Counted from the first letter of the stretch, positions 38,213 through 48,499 are shown. The stretch: DNA of 64,000 bases from an uncultured Verrucomicrobiales bacterium (GCA_964397975.1 CAYNLE010000004.1:944-64943), one strand, 5' to 3'. A program made the numbers and translations. Notes: generated by a model not told the origin, from the letters alone.

Positions 38213-39031
38213 ATGAAGGAAACCCTTATCGTTCTAGCTACGATTATTTTTGGCTTTGCTCTACGTTCATGTAAAACAACGGTTTTACGTAAACTAGGGG
38301 CACTGGTGATGCTAATAGCATCAGCCATGTGTGTATTCTTCATCAGTGACAGTATACTCATGGGGGTCTTCGCTGCTTCTGCGTGGTTCATCCTTCCATG
38401 GGTAGAGCTCATGACACGTATCCGTAAACTACGGATGCCTATCACAAATACTCTACAGCAGCGATTTTCTGTTAACCTCGCTGCATTTCCTGATGCCCAG
38501 ACTCATATAAGGACATTAGAAAACGAAGGGTTCGAGCATATCAGGAACGCTGGCTGGAACCTCGGCGGCATGGACCAGCTCTTCCAGCTATACTGGAATG
38601 CTGAGACAAAAGCTGTCGCCGCACTCTGCCTCTGTGAGCAGTCTCACATCACCTTCTCATACCTAACAATTACATCACGTGACCTTAAAAACGGAGTTTG
38701 GCGCACTACTAACTTTCCATTTTCACCTAATCTAAAACTATCACCTAAGGTCCACTGGAACCAAATTAGCTGCGTAAACGAGTGTGCTAAAAAAGTGATA
38801 GAAAAACATAGCTCATTCCTTCTAAAAAATGGTTTTTGCAATGATACATTAAGTATACCGGACCCCGACCACATCGAACAAGAGATCGAATCTGAGCTTA
38901 ATAAACAGATCAACCATAATCTAAAAGCTGGTATCATAACGGCTGCAGATGAAGTTCATTTCCGCTACACACCAAAAGGTTTATTCTTTCTATGGTGCCA
39001 ATCAATCAAAGATATGATCAGACTCTGCTAG
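38213..39031 (+). CDS. Hypothetical membrane protein
   Basis: Three N-terminal TMs followed by a soluble domain; 272 aa open frame with coding-like composition. Confidence 0.75.
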   Translation: MKETLIVLATIIFGFALRSCKTTVLRKLGALVMLIASAMCVFFISDSILMGVFAASAWFILPWVELMTRIRKLRMPITNTLQQRFSVNLAAFPDAQTHIRTLENEGFEHIRNAGWNLGGMDQLFQLYWNAETKAVAALCLCEQSHITFSYLTITSRDLKNGVWRTTNFPFSPNLKLSPKVHWNQISCVNECAKKVIEKHSSFLLKNGFCNDTLSIPDPDHIEQEIESELNKQINHNLKAGIITAADEVHFRYTPKGLFFLWCQSIKDMIRLC

Positions 39032-39055
39032 CAAGGTAGAGCATCAAAAACTATT

Positions 39056-39928
39056 ATGTCACTCTGGAGAAAACTGCTTATTGGAAAATGGAGCTGGAGT
39101 CGTCCATTAAAGTCCATTGCTTCTATTTATATAATCATTGCAGCTGTTGCCTGGTTCATACCTGAAAAAATACTTTTTCACCCTCCTCCATCGAATTACT
39201 CTGATGGAGAAAATGGCTACAGCTCCATAACAAACAGTAACAACCAAAAGGTAGGTATCTTTTACCAACCAGCTAAACAGAACATGCCGACCATATTATG
39301 GTCACATGGAAACGGTGAAGACATAGGTCTTTTACATCATTTATTCGTTAACTTTTCATACCAAGGCTTTGGTATATTAGCCTACGACTACCCTGGCTAT
39401 GGTATCAGTGAAGGTAAGCCAACAGAGCCTGGCTGCCATGAAAATGCAGCAGCTTCATGGGAACATCTTACTCACGACCTCAAAATCGACCCTGAAAACA
39501 TCATTATCTATGGCCAATCTGTAGGAAGCGGCCCAGCTACTCAGCTAGCCTCTGAAAAAAATTCAGCCGGGCTAATTTTAGTATCTCCATTTACATCAGC
39601 ATTCAGAGTAGCCACTCGTATACCTCTATTTGCAGGTGATTTATTTAAAAATCTCGAACTTATAAGCGATGTCCATGAACCCTTACTTATTATCCACGGG
39701 GAAAAAGATAAGGTCATCCCATCATCGCATGGTAAAAAGCTCTATCAACTACATACAGGAGAAAAAACTCTTCTTACCTTTGACGAGTCAGGGCATAATG
39801 ATATCTATTACTATGAAGAAGAAGCCATCATTCAAGCCATCGTAGATTTCCATCAAAAAAACAAATCTACAAAAGTTCAATCAGATCAGAGTCTGACATC
39901 AAAAAAATCTAACAAAACAGCGCGATAA
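39056..39928 (+). CDS. Alpha/beta hydrolase (ABHD17/BEM46-like)
   Basis: SHGNGED, YDYPGYG.SEG.PTE, nucleophile YGQSVG, IHGEKDKVIP, SGHND. Confidence 0.92.
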   Translation: MSLWRKLLIGKWSWSRPLKSIASIYIIIAAVAWFIPEKILFHPPPSNYSDGENGYSSITNSNNQKVGIFYQPAKQNMPTILWSHGNGEDIGLLHHLFVNFSYQGFGILAYDYPGYGISEGKPTEPGCHENAAASWEHLTHDLKIDPENIIIYGQSVGSGPATQLASEKNSAGLILVSPFTSAFRVATRIPLFAGDLFKNLELISDVHEPLLIIHGEKDKVIPSSHGKKLYQLHTGEKTLLTFDESGHNDIYYYEEEAIIQAIVDFHQKNKSTKVQSDQSLTSKKSNKTAR

Positions 39929-40341
39929 ACTTGCCGTTTAAACTCAGGTAACCATTTCAACTTAAAGTCTTCTGGTTTAATCCACTTATAATCAACAAAT
40001 TCAGGTGACTTCTGATCAAGGTCGATCTCAGGAGCCCCCTTCTTAAGCCGACAGAGAAAATAAGTTTGGGTCTGGCCATCATAATTTTTGCCGTTTTTCT
40101 TGACCTTACTCGAATACAAATATGAGTAACCGCTTGCTTGCTCTAAAACTTTATAGCTCTTACGAGGCAGCCCTATTTCCTCCTTCACCTCTCGAGCTAA
40201 CGCCTCAGAAAGCTCTTCACCTGCGTCCACACCGCCCTGAGGGAACTGCCAGGCACCGTTTCCTCCCACTCGTTCACAAATAAGTAGTTTACCCTTTCGG
40301 TTCAGTAATAACAAAGCTACATTAGATCTATATTTGGCCAT
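39886..40341 (-). CDS. rppH: NUDIX hydrolase, RNA pyrophosphohydrolase RppH-like
   Basis: YRSNVA, WQFPQGGVDAGE...ALAREVKEEIG Nudix box, GQTQTYF, EF..YKW, FKRQVY. Confidence 0.85.
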   Translation of the reverse strand: MAKYRSNVALLLLNRKGKLLICERVGGNGAWQFPQGGVDAGEELSEALAREVKEEIGLPRKSYKVLEQASGYSYLYSSKVKKNGKNYDGQTQTYFLCRLKKGAPEIDLDQKSPEFVDYKWIKPEDFKLKWLPEFKRQVYRAVLLDFFDVRL

Positions 40342-40385
40342 GGTCGGTTCATCCTTTTATCATTACGGAATAATGAATCAAGAAT

Positions 40386-40413
40386 TTGACAGACTTTTTC
40401 ATCCACACAATAT
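40386..40413 (+). promoter_or_regulatory. Sigma70-like promoter for rluA
   Basis: TTGACA-N16-CAATAT; the TTG 'start' in the ORF track is the -35 box. Confidence 0.55.
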
Positions 40414-40427
40414 CCCTCCACCATCTC

Positions 40428-41159
40428 ATGCGTAAACGTGCCTCAAAATTCAAAAAGACTCCTAAAAAGCATCAGCCTAAAAGTCTAAAAATCATTCACG
40501 AAGATCGTGACATCGTCGTGATTGATAAACCCAGTGGATTACTCACCGTGGGGAATGAAAGGCAGCGCGACAAGACTGTCATAGCTTTTCTGAATGATTA
40601 TGTCCGCAAAGGCGTCGTGAAATCACGGAATCGTGTCTACACAGTTCATAGACTTGATCGCGAAACATCAGGTATTTTAGTTTTTGCCAAAAGTAAAGAC
40701 GCGCAAGAATACCTACAAGACGAGGCACCTAAATTTAAAAAGACTTACCATGCCATTGTTCATGGTCTGCTCGACCCAGAGGAAGGAAGTATCAAATCCT
40801 ACCTAGCTGAAAACGGGGTGCATAAAATGTTTACCACAAAAGATGCAAGAAAAGGTAAACACTCGGAAACTTGCTATAAAACAGTCAAAACATCAGCTAA
40901 ATACTCCTTAGTCAAACTTACTCTACCAACATCAAGGAAGCACCAAATCCGAGTCCATCTCTCTGATAAAGGTCACCCTGTAGCTGGAGATAAAAAATAC
41001 AACGAAGATGAGAAAGGTATCAAACGGCTAACACTACACGCAACCAGCATCGTCATCACCCACCCTTTCACCAAGAAAGAGATGACGTTTACATCTGAGC
41101 TACCATCATACTTCGAGAGCTTTGTAAAACTCCCTGAGGGTAAAAAGAACGCGGAATAA
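40428..41159 (+). CDS. RluA family pseudouridine synthase
   Basis: VIDKPSGLL, VHRLDRETSG (catalytic Asp), TSRKHQIRVHL, HPVAGDKKY, LHA. Confidence 0.94.
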   Translation: MRKRASKFKKTPKKHQPKSLKIIHEDRDIVVIDKPSGLLTVGNERQRDKTVIAFLNDYVRKGVVKSRNRVYTVHRLDRETSGILVFAKSKDAQEYLQDEAPKFKKTYHAIVHGLLDPEEGSIKSYLAENGVHKMFTTKDARKGKHSETCYKTVKTSAKYSLVKLTLPTSRKHQIRVHLSDKGHPVAGDKKYNEDEKGIKRLTLHATSIVITHPFTKKEMTFTSELPSYFESFVKLPEGKKNAE

Positions 41160-41160
41160 C

Positions 41161-42606
41161 TCAGACTTTCGTCTCAAGCCAGTGCCCCTGGTAATACTTC
41201 GTAACAAACACGATCGCCTGCACCAGCACGTCTAGCATCATAACCTGCCATACATTGAGCAAGCTCATCTCAAAATAATGCATAGCAAGCCACAGAGCAA
41301 TCACACGGATGCCTATCTGCGAGATGAAGGCGTAGCGTGTCACCATACGCGTGGCACCAGCTCCACGCAAAGACATCTTCATCACCATCATGGTAGCTGC
41401 TACCACCTGAAAACAGCCGGTGAAACGTAAGGTCGAAGCCGCTGCATCTAACTGATACGGTTCTACATTACCAAACATAGTCAGCACCTCCTTATTGAAA
41501 ATAGCGATAAGAACGCCAGATCCCCCCATCGTTACCAAAGCTAAGAACCAGCAGTAACGCACCGACTTCTTCGCCATCTCCTTATCACCAGCACCTAGAT
41601 ACTGGCCCACTAGCGTACTAGCAGCTAGGCCAACCGCAAACCCTGGCATAAAACTGAGCGACTCCAGCCTAACAACCATAGCATGAGCCCCCACAGCCCC
41701 TTGTTGTAACTGACCGATAAAGGATACCGCCACAACATTTACTGACCAAATAATCAGGATTTCTATCATAGCTGGGAAACTAATATTAAGAATCCGGGCT
41801 ACCGTCTCACGGTGAAACAAAAGATACTTTTTCCTCAGAACAAAGCTCTCCCCCGAAGCCCCCTGCTTATCGACTTTATCCCGCGGTGATAAAAACCATA
41901 AAATCAAAGCGGCACCGAGCACCCAGCTCCAGAAACTCCCCCATGCTAGCCCAGCGATCCCCCAGTCTAAACGATAAACAAAAGCTAAGCTCAAAACGAC
42001 ATTCACCGCATTCACTAAACACATGACAAGAAACGGCTTCATCGTCTCGCCATAACCACGAAGACAACTACCAGCGACAAACACCACCCCACTCATCGGA
42101 GCAGAAAAGGCGAGGATCCTCATGTAACTAATCAGGTATTCACTAGCTTGCTCATTAAGACTAAAGAACGAAGCCAAGTAAGGCACGGTAAACCAGATCA
42201 AGGCACCACTGAAAACACCAGAAACCACAGCTAGTGACAACGACTGCCCAAGGGCCAACCGAGCTATTTTCATATCTCTAGCACCTGTCGAGCGCGAGAT
42301 AACAGCAACAGCACCTGTGCCCATAGCTCCCTGAATAATCATCAAAAGCCACATCAAATACAATGATGCCCCCATCATATCCATAATCGTGCTCGCCTCC
42401 TGCCCCCTTTCCATTCTTCCAGCCAGCATCATATCTACAAAACCAACAGCAACCCCCATCAAATTCTGTAAAAACGGCCACAGCGCCAATACCGTAATCT
42501 GACGAGTTAATGACATACCGCCCAGCATACCAGTCAAAGGCATCGCTTGCCCACTATCTGACTGTATAGCTAGCTGCGAATCTACTTTCTCTGAAGGTGC
42601 CTTCAT
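41161..42606 (-). CDS. MATE family efflux transporter
   Basis: 12 TMs; PFLQNL...VDMMLAG, LRGYGET.KP, GIAGLAWG, PGFAVGLAASTLVGQYLGAG, LRGAG. Confidence 0.93.
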   Translation of the reverse strand: MKAPSEKVDSQLAIQSDSGQAMPLTGMLGGMSLTRQITVLALWPFLQNLMGVAVGFVDMMLAGRMERGQEASTIMDMMGASLYLMWLLMIIQGAMGTGAVAVISRSTGARDMKIARLALGQSLSLAVVSGVFSGALIWFTVPYLASFFSLNEQASEYLISYMRILAFSAPMSGVVFVAGSCLRGYGETMKPFLVMCLVNAVNVVLSLAFVYRLDWGIAGLAWGSFWSWVLGAALILWFLSPRDKVDKQGASGESFVLRKKYLLFHRETVARILNISFPAMIEILIIWSVNVVAVSFIGQLQQGAVGAHAMVVRLESLSFMPGFAVGLAASTLVGQYLGAGDKEMAKKSVRYCWFLALVTMGGSGVLIAIFNKEVLTMFGNVEPYQLDAAASTLRFTGCFQVVAATMMVMKMSLRGAGATRMVTRYAFISQIGIRVIALWLAMHYFEMSLLNVWQVMMLDVLVQAIVFVTKYYQGHWLETKV

Positions 42607-42812
42607 TTAACGTAGCCACACCTACATCACTTCAGGCTATAAGTAACGACAAATACCTCTGCCACACACAGACCTAACAGAGTTAAACTCCGCAGAACAA
42701 AAATCAATACCAGATATAAAAATTTGGCAGCTACCTACACCGGCCTCGTCAACAAAGTCCTAATACTATTCCTTTGCAGCTTACACCAAACCACACATAA
42801 GCTGACGCCTTA

Positions 42813-43703
42813 TTATTCAGGCTCTATACCCTCGACTAAAACAATAGCATCTTGGTAATCTCCGTTTTTCGCCTCTTCATAGCAAATCATATAAGCATTT
42901 TTCAGTTCACGGCCTAAAAAGTTTTCTATTTTAAATATCCTAGCGGTATGAGTAATAGTCGCTCCTTTTGATTTACCAGCATAGGTAGAAGAGGTGTAGT
43001 GCTTACCCTTATAGTAAAAGCCAAAAGTTTCAGCGCACATTTCAGCCGGTATAATAAAATTCGGCTTAGCCGCAAAAGAGGCCTCCCCGCTTTTTTCTGA
43101 AGGGAAAAGCCTCTGATGAGCATCTGGCACAGCTTCAGAAATATCAGAAAAAACACCTATTTTACGAAAACTCTCACCATCATCCATAGCGAAACCTATC
43201 TCAGGAGCTCCTACTGGAGAGTAACGTGCAATCAATGTAATCGACATTTCCTTAACTCCTTTGGCAAGGCGAAATGTTTCAACCCGCTGTGAGTCTCCAA
43301 CATTTTCGTCCTCTGTAGAATAAGTATGACGGTCACCTCCTAGATCTGCTTTCACCCCTAAAGCTTTAAAAATTTTATATAAAGACGGTTCATTCTTCCC
43401 CTCAAATTTTTCTATAGCAAGGCCATGAAGGTTATAGATATCTTTACCCTCTGGTTTTCTAACCTCCAGTGTCGCTGAATAGAGCCCCTTCTTTTGATTC
43501 GGTGCTAGTCTTACTTCATAATTACCCGAAGCATCTTTATTAATAGTAAAAGCTGATTTCTGTTCACCTAATATTTCATAGGTGTTCTCACTTTTACATT
43601 CTATGACATAAGCTTGTGTTTCACGCTCCCCTACCCGGCTTAATGTAACATGATATTGCGCAAATAACTCAGAACAGCAGGCTAAACACATAAGAGCAAT
43701 CAC
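42813..43703 (-). CDS. Exported beta-rich hypothetical protein (Ig-like N-part; C-terminal YEEAKNGDYQD motif)
   Basis: Start uncertain; GTG 43703 has GGAG upstream and TATAAT at 43722-43727. Signal-like MIALMCLACCSELFA|Q. Confidence 0.7.
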   Translation of the reverse strand: MIALMCLACCSELFAQYHVTLSRVGERETQAYVIECKSENTYEILGEQKSAFTINKDASGNYEVRLAPNQKKGLYSATLEVRKPEGKDIYNLHGLAIEKFEGKNEPSLYKIFKALGVKADLGGDRHTYSTEDENVGDSQRVETFRLAKGVKEMSITLIARYSPVGAPEIGFAMDDGESFRKIGVFSDISEAVPDAHQRLFPSEKSGEASFAAKPNFIIPAEMCAETFGFYYKGKHYTSSTYAGKSKGATITHTARIFKIENFLGRELKNAYMICYEEAKNGDYQDAIVLVEGIEPE

Positions 43704-44086
43704 TTTTAGACTACTCCATTGATTATACTGACGTGACCTCAAAAAGTTAGACTCTTTATAACTGTAGCATTGAGTTCTATTGATGTTGGAGTGGTTCAAT
43801 GTATTAAGGGTAAAAGTTAGATGGAAGTGGTAAAGCCTTTATAACGTTGCTTTAACGCCAAAAAACATTGAAGCCCAAATACCTTTACCTCCGCGAGGAG
43901 GATCGTGAAGTAATACACTAAATGACGAAAGCAGAAAATACTCAAATCACCCCCCTAAGCTCTTCGGCTTTAGCCAAGAAAAGGCAAACAAGGCACTGAA
44001 GCATAATACAGGCAAATAAAAAGCCGCGGTGAAAGTTAGCTGAAGAGTTGGAACTTCTTCATCATAACTTTCACCAACAGTAAATA

Positions 44087-44395
44087 TTACATAACCTCAA
44101 CTTTGGCGTCTGAAACTTTCACAGGGAATCGTCTTTGGAACGAATCAGCTTCCTTTAGTAGCCTTCCGAAAAACAAAACGGCGGCAGTGGAGAGAAATAC
44201 TCCTCCGGTGAGTATACCGAAGCCGCTGATGGTATCGAGTCCGCTGAATAGCCACATCAGTAAACTAAACCCCATAACACCCAGCCCACTAAAGGCTAGT
44301 CCAGCCACAACCAAGTAAGCTGAAAGTTTTAATACTAGACTGATGCGCTTACTTACTAATTCATATGTTTCTTTATTCATAACGCTGAGGATCAT
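44087..44395 (-). CDS. Small two-TM hypothetical protein
   Basis: 102 aa with two long hydrophobic stretches. Confidence 0.55.
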   Translation of the reverse strand: MILSVMNKETYELVSKRISLVLKLSAYLVVAGLAFSGLGVMGFSLLMWLFSGLDTISGFGILTGGVFLSTAAVLFFGRLLKEADSFQRRFPVKVSDAKVEVM

Positions 44396-44455
44396 TCCCT
44401 AGCTTTATGAAAACATGATGAAGACTATGTGAAAAAAAGGTGAATTTCCCGCTAA

Positions 44456-45445
44456 TTATAAAATCAACATACAATCACCGTATGAGAAAAATCGATACTC
44501 TTCATCCACTGCCTCCTGATAAGCCTTTAGAACTAGCTCGCGACTCGCGAAAGCGGAAACCAGCATAATCAGCGTGCTCTGTGGCAGATGAAAGTTAGTT
44601 AGTAAGCAGTCGACTACTTTAAAGTCATACGGAGGATTGATGAAAATATTCGTCTCACCAGATACTTCCTCTAGCCTAGCGGACTCTCTACCAAGACTCT
44701 CTAACACCCTAGTGCAGGTTGTCCCTGTAGAAATAATGCGCCCACCTTCTTCCTTCGCCTTATTAATTTTTTCTGCTGTCTGACTAGATAGGTGGTATCG
44801 CTCAGAATGCATTTCATGATCCTCGATAAACTCAGCTTTGACAGGCCTGAATGTGCCAACACCAACATGAAGCGTTAGAAACTCGTGATTGATACCCGAT
44901 AATATCTCAGGAGTGAAATGCAGTCCTGCTGTGGGTGCTGCAATAGCCCCCTCTTCACGCGCAAAGGTCGTCTGATAGCGGTCTCTATCTGCACGATCAC
45001 TCTCACGGTTCATGTAGTGTGGTAGTGCTAACTGACCATATTCCTCCTCATCCACTTCTTTATCCCAGCGGATAACCCTATTGCCACTTTCTAAAACTTC
45101 AGTCACCGTTCCGGTAGAGTCACCGATCTGCATCGTTCTTCCCGATTTCATTTTTTTACCGGGACGCACCAAGCACTCCCACTCAAGAACATTTAACTTC
45201 TGAGTGCAGACGATTTCTATTTTTTCATCATTAGAGAAGAAGCGCGCTGGAGTTACCTTGGTATCGTTGAGAACTAAGAGGTCATCGGCTCCTATATACT
45301 CGCTGATATCAGTAAACATACGATGCTCGATCACCCCAGTATCACGATGAATAACCATCATCCGTGATGCTGCACGGTTCTCTAGAGGCCTGCTGGCAAT
45401 CAGGTTTTCAGGTAAGTGGTAGTCAAAATCAGTAGTTTTCAGCAC
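44456..45445 (-). CDS. queA: tRNA preQ1 S-adenosylmethionine ribosyltransferase-isomerase
   Basis: DFDYHLPE.LIA, LVLNDTKV.PAR, LPHYM, YQTTFA...GAIAAPTAGLHF, TLHVGVGTFRPV, GTTCTRVLES, LLTNFHLPQST, YRFFSYGD.M. Confidence 0.98.
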   Translation of the reverse strand: MLKTTDFDYHLPENLIASRPLENRAASRMMVIHRDTGVIEHRMFTDISEYIGADDLLVLNDTKVTPARFFSNDEKIEIVCTQKLNVLEWECLVRPGKKMKSGRTMQIGDSTGTVTEVLESGNRVIRWDKEVDEEEYGQLALPHYMNRESDRADRDRYQTTFAREEGAIAAPTAGLHFTPEILSGINHEFLTLHVGVGTFRPVKAEFIEDHEMHSERYHLSSQTAEKINKAKEEGGRIISTGTTCTRVLESLGRESARLEEVSGETNIFINPPYDFKVVDCLLTNFHLPQSTLIMLVSAFASRELVLKAYQEAVDEEYRFFSYGDCMLIL

Positions 45446-45451
45446 ACGCGG

Positions 45452-45513
45452 AGTGTTCAGTGATATTTTTTTAGTTTCAAGGATGGAATTCCATCAAAAA
45501 TAAAGTGTATACT
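45452..45513. promoter_or_regulatory. Divergent leaderless-type promoters for queA (-) and the GH2-GT2 gene (+)
   Basis: Minus: TTGAAA-N17-AACACT-N6-GTG(45445); plus: TGGAAT-N18-TATACT-N6-GTG(45520). Confidence 0.6.
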
Positions 45514-45519
45514 CTCCGT

Positions 45520-47715
45520 GTGAAGGATTTAACACCTCAACCATTGTCTGTAAGCGGTAAATTCTTCCGGTCAGATCAGCGTCGAGTATTTTTAAAAATG
45601 GTCACTTACGGCCCCTTCCCTGAACCACTGCCTGACCACCAGCTGGAATTAAAACGAGTAGCTGCTACAGGGTTCAATGCTATACGAGTCTATACCCAGC
45701 CTTCCGCACAACTACTCAATGCTGCAAAAAATCACGGACTCTGGGTTTTTGTAGGTATCGAGTGGCAGTCTGGCTTAGACTTTATCCAGTCGCCGCCTTT
45801 ACTTACTGCAGCGCATATTACCCTAAAAGAAGGCTTAGAAAAATGGGGGCATCACCCAGCTGTCGCAGGAGTATTTATAGCCAATGAAATACCAGCAGAC
45901 ATGGTTCGCTGGATGAACCCAGTAAAAGTTAGGCAAGCATTAGAAAACCTCGTCGATAAAGGTAAGAGCATCTGCCCGCATCTACTCTTTGCTTACTCTA
46001 ACTTCCCCACAACTGAATACCTAGAACCTAACAACTCAGACTTCACCGCTGTAAATGTTTATCTAGAACAACAGAGTGATTTTTCCAGTTACTTACCTCG
46101 CCTGCATAATATTGCTGGAGACCGACCTGTTGTCATCAGTGAGTTTGGTCTTGATACACAGAGCAATACAGAGTCTCAGCAAAAGGAAACTCTGGCATGG
46201 TATATTCACGAGTGCCTTACATCCGGATTAGCTGGATCTACTATTTATGCATGGTCTGATCGCTGGTTAAATGGGACCCGGATTATGGATGACTGGTCAT
46301 TTGGTCTCACCAGACGAGATGGTAGCGCTAAGCCCACACTAGAATATCTTTCTAACACCCTACCGGATATTCAGACTCCAGAAGATGGTATTTCACTAGC
46401 ACACTACCCTAAGTTTTCGGTTGTCGTCTGCACCCATAACGGTGGTGACTTTATCTACGAATGCCTGTGTGCATTACAAAAAATAAATTACCCAGATTAC
46501 GAGATCATCGTCGTTAATGATGGATCAACAGATAACACAGCAGACGTCGTCCAGAAGTTCAAAGACATCCGGTTAATCAACCTTCAGCACGCAGGTTTAA
46601 GTGCTGCTAGAAACTATGGAGCTAAAGAAGCCACTGGCGACATCATCGCCTACACCGATGACGACTGCGCACCTGACGCCGGCTGGCTACTGTGGCTAGC
46701 TCATGCTTTCGAAAAAAATGACTGGGATGCCTGCGGGGGGCCTAATTTACCACCCCGCCCTATCACTTGCTCAGAAAGCAGTTCACTCGATCGGCATCAC
46801 GCTACTGATGAAGCCATTGTAGCGGCAGCACCTGGTGCACCATCTCACGTTTTACTCTCTGACCAGGAAGCTGAGCATATCCCCGGATGTAATATGGTCA
46901 TTAAAAAGTCTGTTCTCCAAGCCATCGATGGGTTCAGGGCTCAATACCGCGCCGCTGGTGATGATGTAGATCTCTGCTGGAGGCTAACAGAGGGAGGCTA
47001 CAGCATAGGATTTCACGCTGCCGCATTTGTCTGGCACAGACGAAGAGCTACCATATGGAAATACTTCAAACAGCAGATAGGCTACGGCAAAGCTGAAGCT
47101 CTACTGATGAAAGACCATCCTGACAAATTCAGACGAGGTTGTGGTGCTCGCTGGGAAGGTTGTATTTATCTGGGCAGTGTCATGAGTGTTAACTCAGGAA
47201 GTTTCATCTATCACGGAGCTATGGGGTCAGCTGCTTACCAGCAAATCCAGACACATATGCAGCCCCTGCGCCCTCTGATTCGCGAATACGATACAGCACG
47301 AGCTCATCGTAGACTCAAACTCGCGAACACTCTCCAGCCATGGATTAGAAAATGGTCACGCTGGAAGCATAGCCGCTCCTTCCTAAAAACTATCAAAAAA
47401 GTCGCGCCTTCTGAAAAGTCGAAAATTTCTACTAAATCAGAAGCCACAGAGGTATCAGCGCTAAAATGGTGGTCAGAGGATAGACTACAGCGAGAAAGCG
47501 TTCTCGACCTTCTTCTTGATCAGGGATGGAAGGCTATTGAAAATGATAGTCACTGGGATCTCAGCTCTGCGTCGGCTCATTGTTTAATAGCATGCGAGCA
47601 GCACGCTAAAGGAACCGTCATCCTCACCCGCTTAAGAACCCCTCAAAAAAATAGAGCTCAAATATCTACTGACTTTCAACAAATCCTGAAGAACTCAAAT
47701 CTACAGCTGATGTAA
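45520..47715 (+). CDS. Fusion of GH2-like TIM-barrel glycoside hydrolase domain and GT2 glycosyltransferase domain
   Basis: GFNAIRVY, IANEIP (acid/base), VISEFGLD (nucleophile); then FSVVVCT.NG, VVNDGSTD, GLSAARN.G, YTDDDC, GCNM, AGDDVDLCWR. Start probably GTG 45520 (ORF track 45505). Confidence 0.9.
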   Translation: MKDLTPQPLSVSGKFFRSDQRRVFLKMVTYGPFPEPLPDHQLELKRVAATGFNAIRVYTQPSAQLLNAAKNHGLWVFVGIEWQSGLDFIQSPPLLTAAHITLKEGLEKWGHHPAVAGVFIANEIPADMVRWMNPVKVRQALENLVDKGKSICPHLLFAYSNFPTTEYLEPNNSDFTAVNVYLEQQSDFSSYLPRLHNIAGDRPVVISEFGLDTQSNTESQQKETLAWYIHECLTSGLAGSTIYAWSDRWLNGTRIMDDWSFGLTRRDGSAKPTLEYLSNTLPDIQTPEDGISLAHYPKFSVVVCTHNGGDFIYECLCALQKINYPDYEIIVVNDGSTDNTADVVQKFKDIRLINLQHAGLSAARNYGAKEATGDIIAYTDDDCAPDAGWLLWLAHAFEKNDWDACGGPNLPPRPITCSESSSLDRHHATDEAIVAAAPGAPSHVLLSDQEAEHIPGCNMVIKKSVLQAIDGFRAQYRAAGDDVDLCWRLTEGGYSIGFHAAAFVWHRRRATIWKYFKQQIGYGKAEALLMKDHPDKFRRGCGARWEGCIYLGSVMSVNSGSFIYHGAMGSAAYQQIQTHMQPLRPLIREYDTARAHRRLKLANTLQPWIRKWSRWKHSRSFLKTIKKVAPSEKSKISTKSEATEVSALKWWSEDRLQRESVLDLLLDQGWKAIENDSHWDLSSASAHCLIACEQHAKGTVILTRLRTPQKNRAQISTDFQQILKNSNLQLM

Positions 47716-47849
47716 ATAGCTGACATTTTCATTAGCGTTATAATCATCCTGTGCGATTGTAACAGGTAGAAAGATAAGATTGTGCTTAAATTCTAATCAA
47801 CAAATTGAGGTAACTACTTACCCCTCATAAAAACATAGAAAACTATACA

Positions 47850-48239
47850 ATGAATACAGAAGATAATTATAACGAAGAATCTACAGAAGAGACTACTAAC
47901 CCTACTAAACAAAGCTTTGAGTCATGCTCAGACGCATTTAAAGCTGGCTGTGACGCAGCGAGTGAAAAGGCCAAAGAAGCCGCTCCTAAGGTAAAAAAAG
48001 CTCTCGCTGACGCGGTCTATGACATCGCCTACAATAGCACATACGGTGCTGTATTCGCAGGAGCCTTCGCAAAAGAGTTCATCCCAGACAACATCAAGGA
48101 AGCTATGGATAAAGCAGTCAATGAAGGCACCGTAGCTGGAAAAAATGCTGCCGATAAAATGCGTGAGAAGGCAAAAGCAGCCACGACAAAGTCTGAATGC
48201 GATCATACAGATAGCTGCGAAGCTCCTCAGATCGCCTAA
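47850..48239 (+). CDS. Small Ala/Lys-rich helical hypothetical protein
   Basis: 129 aa, amphipathic repeats (KAKEAAPKVKKALADA), followed by a terminator. Confidence 0.75.
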   Translation: MNTEDNYNEESTEETTNPTKQSFESCSDAFKAGCDAASEKAKEAAPKVKKALADAVYDIAYNSTYGAVFAGAFAKEFIPDNIKEAMDKAVNEGTVAGKNAADKMREKAKAATTKSECDHTDSCEAPQIA

Positions 48240-48273
48240 ACAGGAAAACAATTTCCCATATTAAGTAACGTGC

Positions 48274-48308
48274 AAACCGTCATCTCAGGCAACTGGGCTG
48301 GCGGTTTT
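48274..48308 (+). terminator. Intrinsic terminator with GCAA tetraloop
   Basis: AAACCGTCATCTCAG-GCAA-CTGGGCTGGCGGTTT-T. Confidence 0.75.
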
Positions 48309-48499
48309 CATATAGAGCTATAAGCTCACAGCTAATCAATAATACCAAGAAGGCACCAAAATCCATCCAAGTAGATGCAGGCAATGACACTAGTATAACT
48401 AGTTTTAATCATAACAAACATCCTTCATAAAGGCCGTTCACGCCCGCCAGCAACAAACGTAACAAAACTAAATCTTCGAAAAACTAGGCCCCCCGCTTC

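Noticed and set aside
43800-44086. Hydrophobic open frames on the minus strand (possible membrane-protein pseudogene)
   Set aside because: No start codon or SD; the G/T-rich minus strand yields hydrophobic open frames by chance
48310-48499. Short hydrophobic minus-strand ORFs downstream of the hydrolase
   Set aside because: No expression signals; same strand-composition artefact
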